From Candidatus Krumholzibacteriia bacterium (lineage in GTDB: Bacteria; Krumholzibacteriota; Krumholzibacteriia; JAJRXK01), in the NCBI GenBank assembly GCA_041484665.1, contig JBGPIA010000013.1, positions 32,001 to 96,000 on the forward strand: a DNA stretch of 64,000 nucleotides, read 5' to 3'. Each line of letters starts with the position of its first letter. Positions within the stretch are counted from its first letter, which is position 1. The notes below the pieces were generated by a model. That model had not been told where the DNA came from and searched no databases. It saw only the letters and a list, made by a program, of their open reading frames with translations. Made by a program: the position numbers and the translations under genes. Below, in pieces: positions 49,010 through 56,847 of this stretch.

Positions 49010-50314
49010 GTGCCCCTGCTGTTGACCCGCTCGCCGGACGCCCCCCCGCAGACGCTGGCAGAGTACCGCGCAGCGGGGGGCTACGCGGCGCTGGCCAAGG
49101 CACTGGGCAAGGCACCAGCGAACGCACCAGCTAGGACAGCGAGCAGCGCGCTGGCCAAGGCACCGGGCCACGCGCCCGGCAAGGCACCGGGCAACGACAC
49201 AGGCGGCGCGCTGGCTGCCGACGACGTGCTGCACGCGGTCGCCGACGCGCGCCTCCACGGCCACGGCGGGGCCGGATTCCCAACAGCAAGGAAGTGGGAG
49301 CTCGCGCGAGCAGCCACCGAAACGCCCAAGTACGTCATCGTCAATGGCGGCGAGCACGAGCCGGGCAGCAGGAAGGACCGGCTCCTGCTCACCCAGTATC
49401 CACACACCGTGCTCGAAGGCGCGGCGCTCTGCGCATATGCCACCGGCGCGTCCACGATCTACTTCTACCTGATCGAGGACATGACCGCCGCGCGGGCGAG
49501 CGTGCAGGCTGCGATCGCCGATGCGCGTGCGGCGCAGCTGGTGGGCGACCTCGAGTTCGAGATCACGCTCGCTCCGGCGACCTACGTCGCGGGTGAGGAG
49601 ACGGCGGCGCTCGAGGTGATCGAGGGACGCAAGGCCTGGCCGCGCAAGAAGCCACCCTATCCGGGTCAAGTGGGGCTGTTCGGCAAGCCAACGACGGTCA
49701 ACAACGTCGAGACGCTGGCCTTCGTGCCGGGCATCGTGCGCAATGGACCGGCATGGTTCGGCGCCGGCGCGATGCTGTGCACCCTGGACGAGAGCTTCAA
49801 GCACCCGGGCGTGGTCGAGGTGCCGCTGGGAACGAGCTTCCGCGCTCTGATCCACGACATCGGCGGGGGCACGCGCGGGGGGCGGCCGGTCCGGGCCATC
49901 CTGCCGGCAATGTCATCGGCCTTCCTGTCCGCCAGCGCGCTCGACACTCCGATGACCTACCCGGACGTGCGCAGGGCCGGCAGCAACCTGGGCTGCGGCG
50001 GGATCTCGCTCTTGGAGGACGGCCAGTGCGTGGTGGAGAAGCTGGTCGCGATCAGCGAGTTCTTCATGCGCGAGCAGTGCGGCCAGTGCCCACCGTGCCG
50101 CATGGAGACCAACACGCTGGCGGCAATCCTCAGGAAGGTCGTGGCCGGCGATCCCGGCGACTACCGCGCCCAGATCGTCAAGATCGCCGAGTTCACGCGC
50201 GGGCGCGGCAACTGCAACCTGATCGAGATGGCCGCCGCGCCGGTGCTGTCGGCGTTGGCGCACTTCCCTGACGACTTCGAATTCCATGTCGCCCATGGGC
50301 GCTGCAGAAGCTGA
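49010..50314 (+). CDS. NuoF/HoxF-like FMN and [4Fe-4S] flavoprotein
   Basis: L.G.GGAGFPT..KW, NGGEHEPGSRKDR, YVAGEETA, KPPYP...GLFGKPT.VNNVET, CGQCPPCR plus a later C. Start uncertain (48962 or 49010). Confidence 0.9.
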   Translation: MPLLLTRSPDAPPQTLAEYRAAGGYAALAKALGKAPANAPARTASSALAKAPGHAPGKAPGNDTGGALAADDVLHAVADARLHGHGGAGFPTARKWELARAATETPKYVIVNGGEHEPGSRKDRLLLTQYPHTVLEGAALCAYATGASTIYFYLIEDMTAARASVQAAIADARAAQLVGDLEFEITLAPATYVAGEETAALEVIEGRKAWPRKKPPYPGQVGLFGKPTTVNNVETLAFVPGIVRNGPAWFGAGAMLCTLDESFKHPGVVEVPLGTSFRALIHDIGGGTRGGRPVRAILPAMSSAFLSASALDTPMTYPDVRRAGSNLGCGGISLLEDGQCVVEKLVAISEFFMREQCGQCPPCRMETNTLAAILRKVVAGDPGDYRAQIVKIAEFTRGRGNCNLIEMAAAPVLSALAHFPDDFEFHVAHGRCRS

Positions 50315-50356
50315 GCTCGCCTTGGTGCCGGCCCTGCCCGCGCCGCAAGCGGACCC

Positions 50357-51235
50357 ATGAAGCCAGCCCTCGACGTCGTCATCCCGGCGGTCACCTTCCT
50401 GCTCATGGCAGTGGTGGGACTGGACCTGACGCCCGCGGATTTCGACCGAGTTCGCCGCCGCCCCGGCACGGTCGTGGCGGGTCTGCTGGGACCCCTGCTG
50501 CTGCTGCCGCCAGTCGCGCTCGCGCTGATCCACTGGCTGAGACCGGCGCCCGAGATCCAGGCCGGCCTGCTGCTCATTGTTTCCTGCCCGGTGGGCGGCA
50601 TCTCGAACACCTATAGCTACCTGGCCCGGGCGTCGACGGCGCTCTCGGTGACACTGACGGCCATCTCGTGCCTGGCGGCAGTGGTCACGATGCCGTTGCT
50701 CACGCGATTCTTCGCGCTGGCGCTCCACCGGCCCTTCGGCGCCAGCGTGCCGGTGGGGCTGCTGATGGGGCAGCTGCTGGTGATGCTGGTGGCCCCGGTG
50801 GGACTGGGGATGATCGTCCGGCGGCGGGCGCCGGCCTTCGCCCGGCGACACGAGCTGCGCCTGCGCCTGGCCGCCCTGGGCGCGCTGGCCGCCCTGCTGC
50901 TGTTCGTCGTGGCGCACGAGTCGCGACGATTCGCGGCGGACGTCGCCGCTACCGCCCCGCTCGCGGCGGCGCTGGTGCTGACGGCCATGCTGGCCGGGCT
51001 ACTCGTGGGACGCCTGCTGCGGGCGGGGCCGCAGGACTGCTTCACCCTCGCGGTGGAGTTCTCCACGCGCAACGTGGCGATCGCCACGGCGATCGCGATC
51101 ACGCTGTTGGGTCAGGTGCGCTTCGCGGTGTTCGCTACCACTTACTTTCTGATCGAGGCGCCTCTGATGCTCGTGGCGATCGCAGTGTTCCGCCGGATCA
51201 CTGCCCGCCATACAATGGCGGCGCGGCCTGGGTAG
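50357..51235 (+). CDS. Bile acid:sodium symporter (BASS) family transporter
   Basis: M..VGLDLT..DF, CPVGGISN, ALSVTLTAIS, EFSTRN. Confidence 0.9.
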   Translation: MKPALDVVIPAVTFLLMAVVGLDLTPADFDRVRRRPGTVVAGLLGPLLLLPPVALALIHWLRPAPEIQAGLLLIVSCPVGGISNTYSYLARASTALSVTLTAISCLAAVVTMPLLTRFFALALHRPFGASVPVGLLMGQLLVMLVAPVGLGMIVRRRAPAFARRHELRLRLAALGALAALLLFVVAHESRRFAADVAATAPLAAALVLTAMLAGLLVGRLLRAGPQDCFTLAVEFSTRNVAIATAIAITLLGQVRFAVFATTYFLIEAPLMLVAIAVFRRITARHTMAARPG

Positions 51236-51276
51236 GTCTCCCGCAGCTTTGCCCTCGTCACCCGGAGGTGCCCGCT

Positions 51277-51678
51277 GTGACGCTCCTCTCCTTCATCTAC
51301 GTGCCGCCGCAAGAGCCATCGCCGCGCGCGCGCCGCCTGCGCACGTCGATCTCCGCGGTGATCGAGCAGTTCTCCCGCGAGAATCCGGACACCACGCCGC
51401 AGGACATCCGGCAGGCCCTCCAGCTCGCAGCGCAGGCGAAGGGAGGGGGCCGGCCCGTTGTCGCGGTGGCGCTCGCCGCGGCCGCGGCCCTGCTGCTGGC
51501 CGGCGCGCTGGTGTTCTTCGCCAGCGGACGCCACGGTGGAGGTCCCGGCGGAGGTCCCGCTGGAAGCCCAGGCGCGCACCCCATCGCAGGCCAAGGCATG
51601 GGCGACTGGATCTGGGCGCTGGCGGTTGCCATCGTGCTGGTCGCCGGAGTGCTCCTGATGGTCAAGCGCAGGTCGTAG
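51277..51678 (+). CDS. Small membrane protein
   Basis: GGAGG RBS; charged helical N-terminus, two TM helices, basic C-terminal tail. Confidence 0.6.
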   Translation: MTLLSFIYVPPQEPSPRARRLRTSISAVIEQFSRENPDTTPQDIRQALQLAAQAKGGGRPVVAVALAAAAALLLAGALVFFASGRHGGGPGGGPAGSPGAHPIAGQGMGDWIWALAVAIVLVAGVLLMVKRRS

Positions 51679-51761
51679 CAACGCGCCGAACGGCTAGAGC
51701 GGGGTCACTCCCCGCGCCGTACGCCCACGCGCCACGCCGGCGCAACGCGCCGGCCGTCACC

Positions 51762-53962
51762 TCAGATCCCGATGGACAGCCGCAGCGAGATGTTGCGGCC
51801 CGGCTCCAGCGCGAACGCCTTGTACCGGCTCAGGAGATCGCGGTACTGCTTGTCGAGGATGTTGCCGACGCGCAGGTCCGCTCGCAGCGCACGCCCGGCG
51901 AACGAGCGCTCGATCCCTGTCTCGAGATTCAACAGGATGTACCCCGCCGGAGCCTCGTCGAGGGGGCTGGGGCGGTTCTGCTTGGCGACCAGGTCCACCT
52001 CGGCTCCCACCCGGGCGCGCTGCGCCCAGCCCAGCTTGGTCGAGGTCAGCTCGGCTCCCAGCACGGCGCGCCGCGGGGGGATCAGCGGCAACGGGTCGTC
52101 GGTCTGCTCGTTCGTGCCGCGCAGGAACTCCGCCCGGCCTCGCAGCGCGAGAGCGTCGAGCGCCTGGACCTCGGCACCCAGCTCGCCGCCCGTCAGCGTC
52201 GCGTCGGCCTGCTGATTCACGAACACGGGCAGCCCGCCGCTGCTGTCACCCCGTGCCGCGGTGAAGATGTAGTCGTTGATACGATTGCGATAGAAGGACG
52301 CCTCCCCGCGCAGGCGGCCGCGTTGCCAGCGGATGCTCCCGTCGACGTTGAGGCTGGTCTCGGTCGAGAGGCGCGGATCCCCCAGCTCCCAGCGTTGCTC
52401 GCCGATCTGGGGCCCGTTCGCGAACAGCTCGAAGTAGGTGGGAGCCCGCCACGCGCGCCCGCCAACAACGTCCACTGCCCCATAACAAGCTGCTCGAAGG
52501 CGAACGCGGCCCCCGAGCTTACGTGCGCGTCGGGCACCAGCGGCTCGGGGCCGCGCGTGTCGTTGCTCTGGTAGACGCCCGAGACGCCGAGCGTGCCGCT
52601 GAGGTGCTCGCCTTTGGCATGATGTGCTAGCAGGTCGATGCTCTCGGTGTTGAGCAGGAGATCGAACGCGGTGGTCTCGGTCTGTTCGGCTTTGTTGATC
52701 GTCACCGTAGCGGGCGAGGTCGACTGTCCGAACTCATCGGACAGCTCGATCAGGGAATGCCGCTGCCACTGCGCCTTCCCCTCGAAGCGCCAGATTCCTC
52801 GCAGCAGGTTTCCCACGATCTGCACGCGGTCGTCACTCAGCTTGCGCTCGGGCCCGCCCTCCTCGTGCGCGCCGCCCGTAGACGGCGGCGGGCCGCCTGC
52901 CTCCAGCAGCTTGAACTCGCCGCCGTAGTGGGAATAGCGCAGCGTGGCGTTCGCCCGGTCTCCTTGCAGCCCGACGGCGGCCTCTCCGTTGAGGGCGCCG
53001 TAGCCGGTGTTGGGAACCTCGCCTTGCGGCGTGTGCAGGTCGCTCGCGTGGCGGCCGATGCCGAACAGGCGCCATCCCAGTCGCTCATGCGCTCCCTCCA
53101 CGCGCACGCCCGCGCCGAATTGGGCGTTGTTGCTGGCGCCGTACAGCTCGAGCCCCGTGCGAGTGAAGGGGCGCTGGCCCTGGGCGCTGGGAAGGCGGGC
53201 AGGAAGCACGTTCACGACACCCCCCAGCGCATCGGAGCCGTACAGGACGCTGGCGGGTCCACGGATGACTTCGACGCGCTGCGCGAGGCGCACGTCCACC
53301 GAAGGGCCGTCTTCGTCGCTCCACGAGTAGTCCTCGAGCGGGCTGCCGTTCTCGAGCACCAGCACGCGCGCGCCGGACAGGCCGCGGATCACCGGCTTGC
53401 CGATCTGCTCGCCCGAGCTCAGGGCGCGCACGCCGGGCAGGCTCTGCAGCGCCTGCGCCAACGAGACCCCTTGCGCGCGCTCGAGGCGGTCCGGGCGCAG
53501 TTCGGACGTCGGCAACGGGGAAGCGAACGGCTGGATCGGCGAGCGCGTCGCGGTCACGTTCACTGCCGGCAGCCGGAAGGGCGTTTCGGTCAAGGTCAAG
53601 GTGAGCGTGAGCGACCGCCGTAGGTCGACCGCCCGCAAGAGCGGCGCGTAGCCCACCCGCTGCACCAGCAACTGGTAACGGCCGGCCGGGACCGGTGCGA
53701 AGCTGAACTCGCCGTTGCCGCCGGTGGTGGCGTCCAGCCCGAATTCTGCCAACACGATCCGGGCGCCCTCGATCGGCTGGCCCTGCGCATCGCGCACGCT
53801 GCCGGCGACCGTCGCGCGTTCCGCCGGCGGACTGTCGGCGCTGCGTCCGGGCGCCGAAGCTCCGCACAGCAGGAGCAGGAAGGCGAACGCGCCAACCGAG
53901 GCGAGCGCGGGCCGTCCGAGCACCGTGCGCATCGACTTGGCCAGGCTCGACTCCATCACCAT
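51762..53962 (-). pseudogene. TonB-dependent receptor (carboxypeptidase-like N-domain) broken by a frameshifting deletion at ~52452-52460
   Basis: Plug motifs (KPVIRGL.G.RV, RVEVIRGPASVLYGSDALGGVVN) in ORF 52217..54127; barrel C-terminus (AWRAPT..ELFANG...PGRNISL) in another frame. Confidence 0.85.
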
Positions 53963-54151
53963 CGTGGGCCCCGCTCTCGCTGGCGTCTTTGGAAACCGCT
54001 CGCCGCGGGGGCATGATAATAGCACAGGAAGTCGCGAGCGTGCAGTCCCCTCGGTGCACTTCCGGGGGCGCGCCGCGCCGCGTACCGGCTCCATCACCAG
54101 AAGACGCGCACCGCGAGCACGGACCACGGGTCACGCGGTGGCGGGCTCGGG

Positions 54152-55789
54152 TCACGCGGTAACGGGCTGGTGCAGCTCCCACCATTGCTGCGCCCGCTGC
54201 GGGGTCCAGCGCTCGGGCAGCGCGCAGGCCAGCAGCATCTCGCGCAGGGCGAGCGCACTCGCAGGCCGCTTGCCGGGATCCTTCTGCAGGCACGCGAGCA
54301 CGATCTCCTCCAGCGCGGGCGGGACCGGCAGCTCGGTGCGCTGCGAAGGTGGCGCCGGCTGCCGCTGCACGTGGGCGAGCAGCATCTTCATGGGCGTGTC
54401 CGCCTCGAACACGAGAGTGCCCGTCAGCAGCCAGTACGCCACGCAGCCCAGCGCGTACAGGTCCAGGCGCCCATCCACCGGCGCGTCGCCGGTGATCGCT
54501 TCGGGCGGCATGTAGGCCGGCGTGCCGCTGGTGGCGCCCTCCATCGTCACGCGCGTCTGCTCCGCATGGGCGTCGGCGTCCCACTTCACCAGCCCGAAAT
54601 CGAGCACCTTCACGAAGTCGACATCGAGTCCCATCCGGCACACGTACAGGTTGGCCGGCTTGATATCGCGGTGGACGAGACCGGCGTGGTGCGCGTCGGC
54701 CAGCGAGTGGCAGGCCTGCGCCAGCAGATGGACGACCCGCTCGGCGGGCAGCGGCCCGAACCGAGCAACCAGTGTCTCCAGGTCCATGCCGTCGAGGAAC
54801 TCCATCACGTAGTAGAACGTGCCCTCGTCGTCGATGCCGAAATCGAACAACTCGATGGTGTGGGGCGAGTGCAGGGCCGCTGTGGCCTGCGCCTCGCGCT
54901 CGAACCGGCGCAGCAGCGCCTGCGCCGGCAGACCAGGCGTCGAGCCCAGCACCTCGGGCCGTACCAACTTGATGGCTGCGGGGCGCGCCAGCATGCGGTG
55001 GCGCGCGCGCCAGACCTCCCCCATGCCGCCGCGGCCGAGCAGCTCGAGCAGCTGGTAGGCGCCCAGCTCGCGGGCGGCCTTCACCTCCGAGCTCAGCCGG
55101 CTCACGATCTGCGAGGGGACAACCGCGATCAGCGCAGCCACGTAGCTCCAGGCGAAGCGGAAGAACAACTCCGTGCCGGTGGGAGTCTGTTGACCGCGCA
55201 GTCTGTTGATCCCGACCACGACGAAGTCCATGGAGACCGCGATGAGCGTTGCGACGAGCATCTTGAGCGGTGGGCTGGGAACGATCAGCGCGTAAAGCAG
55301 CACCGAGAACGCGGTGTACGACAGCCCGTAGAAGATCACCGTACCGTGCGGGTCGATGGAGGTCTGGCAATTGATGTAGAGCGCGACGCCCAGCGCGTTC
55401 ACGATCATGAAGACGAGCCCCAGATCCAGCAGGCGCGCCGGCGGCAACCGTTGCGAGCGGGCCAGCGGGAACATGGGGGCCGACAGGGCGATCCAGATGG
55501 GGGGGATCCAGTGCTGCAACGGGGTCATGATGGCCTTGGCCACGCCCGCCCTGCGCGCCAAGAGCGGGAGCGCGAACGCCACCCCCCACGTCAGCGAGCA
55601 GATCAAAGCGCAGACGGACAGCCGTCGCGCCGCGTCCTGCAACAGGTCGGCTGGGAGCGAGCTGTGTCCCAGCAGGGCCAGCGGGCCGCGGCGGGGCGCG
55701 CGCGCGTCCGCCGCAGCCGGACCGCGGGGCGCCGCAGCGGGTCCGCTGGGCGCCGCAGCCGGCCCGCGCAGCTTCGCTGGCCCGATCAC
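54152..55789 (-). CDS. Membrane-anchored Ser/Thr protein kinase
   Basis: About 6 N-terminal TM helices; LGRGGMGEVW, AIK, HRDIKPAN, DFGLVK, GTPAYMPPE. Confidence 0.94.
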   Translation of the reverse strand: MIGPAKLRGPAAAPSGPAAAPRGPAAADARAPRRGPLALLGHSSLPADLLQDAARRLSVCALICSLTWGVAFALPLLARRAGVAKAIMTPLQHWIPPIWIALSAPMFPLARSQRLPPARLLDLGLVFMIVNALGVALYINCQTSIDPHGTVIFYGLSYTAFSVLLYALIVPSPPLKMLVATLIAVSMDFVVVGINRLRGQQTPTGTELFFRFAWSYVAALIAVVPSQIVSRLSSEVKAARELGAYQLLELLGRGGMGEVWRARHRMLARPAAIKLVRPEVLGSTPGLPAQALLRRFEREAQATAALHSPHTIELFDFGIDDEGTFYYVMEFLDGMDLETLVARFGPLPAERVVHLLAQACHSLADAHHAGLVHRDIKPANLYVCRMGLDVDFVKVLDFGLVKWDADAHAEQTRVTMEGATSGTPAYMPPEAITGDAPVDGRLDLYALGCVAYWLLTGTLVFEADTPMKMLLAHVQRQPAPPSQRTELPVPPALEEIVLACLQKDPGKRPASALALREMLLACALPERWTPQRAQQWWELHQPVTA

Positions 55790-56847
55790 GCGTACCCCCG
55801 CCCGTCACCGGATCCCGGAGCGCGGCCGACCGCTGCGCTCTCTGGCGCGGCCGCGCCTGCCTGCGCCGTGGCGCCTTGGCCAACGCTCATCCTGCTGCGC
55901 GCACCTGGAAGCGACACATGGAGCGCCGTCGTCCTGCCCTCGCCCAGCAGCTCGATCAGCGCTTTCGCCATCGCGGCCATGAAGTCCATGGCCACCTCGA
56001 AGTGATCCTCCAGGATGTCGAAGAACGCATCCACCTCGCCGCGCAGCGTCACCACCGGCGTCTGCGTGGTGGCATCGTACCAGCGTGGCCGGCCGCACAA
56101 TGCCTCGAGCGCTCCCATGGGAAAGCCCGCCCCGACGCGAAAGCGCTGGCGGCCGCCGTCTCCGACGCACTCCACCTCGCCGCACACGACCATATAGAGG
56201 AAGTCCGCGCGATCTCCCTGCCGCCACAGTTGCGCCCCCTGGTCGAAGCGCACCTCCTCCAGCTGACGCGCCAGCTCCGCGAGGGCGTCGAGGCTGCTCT
56301 TCTGGAAGTGCTCGACCTGGCGCAGCAGCACCATGCGCTCGACCAGGTCCAGCGGGCGCAGCGGGCACTTCAGACCCTCCGGGGCGGGTGCGGGCAGCCC
56401 GAGGTCGCCGGGCAGCTTGCGCAGCACCTCCAGCAGCTGGGAGCACGTTCCGCGCAGATCGCGCAACAGGATCGAGAAATTGTCCTCAAACAGGTTGGAG
56501 ATCAGATCGGCGTCGAACTCCAGCGCCAGCACGTCGGTCTCGGCGATGGCGTCGATTCCGGTCTCCTCGCGCGCCAGGAAACTCAGCAAGCCCACGCGCT
56601 CCTGCGGCCCGGCGACGCCATACTCGTGCCCCTGCCCGCGGACGCGCACGCGTCCCTCGACCACCAGGTAGAACGACTCGACGCGGCGGCCCTCGCGCAA
56701 CAGGTAGCTGCCACGCGAATAGAGCCGCTCGCGGGTGTTCTGCGCCACCACGGCCAGCTCGGCCGCCGGCAGGCCGGCCAAGGCCGGCAGCGACCGCAGG
56801 TACAAGACCAGGTCGCGCGGGCCGACGAAGCGCATCCGATCGGTCAT
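55786..56847 (-). CDS. Tandem cyclic-nucleotide-binding domain protein
   Basis: Two cNMP-like folds (LLREG...FYLVVEGRV; LWRQGD.ADFLYMVV.GEV); no HTH. Confidence 0.85.
   Translation of the reverse strand: MTDRMRFVGPRDLVLYLRSLPALAGLPAAELAVVAQNTRERLYSRGSYLLREGRRVESFYLVVEGRVRVRGQGHEYGVAGPQERVGLLSFLAREETGIDAIAETDVLALEFDADLISNLFEDNFSILLRDLRGTCSQLLEVLRKLPGDLGLPAPAPEGLKCPLRPLDLVERMVLLRQVEHFQKSSLDALAELARQLEEVRFDQGAQLWRQGDRADFLYMVVCGEVECVGDGGRQRFRVGAGFPMGALEALCGRPRWYDATTQTPVVTLRGEVDAFFDILEDHFEVAMDFMAAMAKALIELLGEGRTTALHVSLPGARSRMSVGQGATAQAGAAAPESAAVGRAPGSGDGRGYA

Noticed and set aside
48435..50314. Respiratory complex I (nuo) operon
   Set aside because: No other nuo subunits are present; the genes follow boxB directly.
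52440..52475. Programmed frameshift in the TonB receptor
   Set aside because: No slippery sequence, and coding sequence appears to be missing rather than just shifted.
54005..54030. Fur/Zur box upstream of the TonB receptor
   Set aside because: Only a partial ATGATAAT match, with no convincing palindrome.
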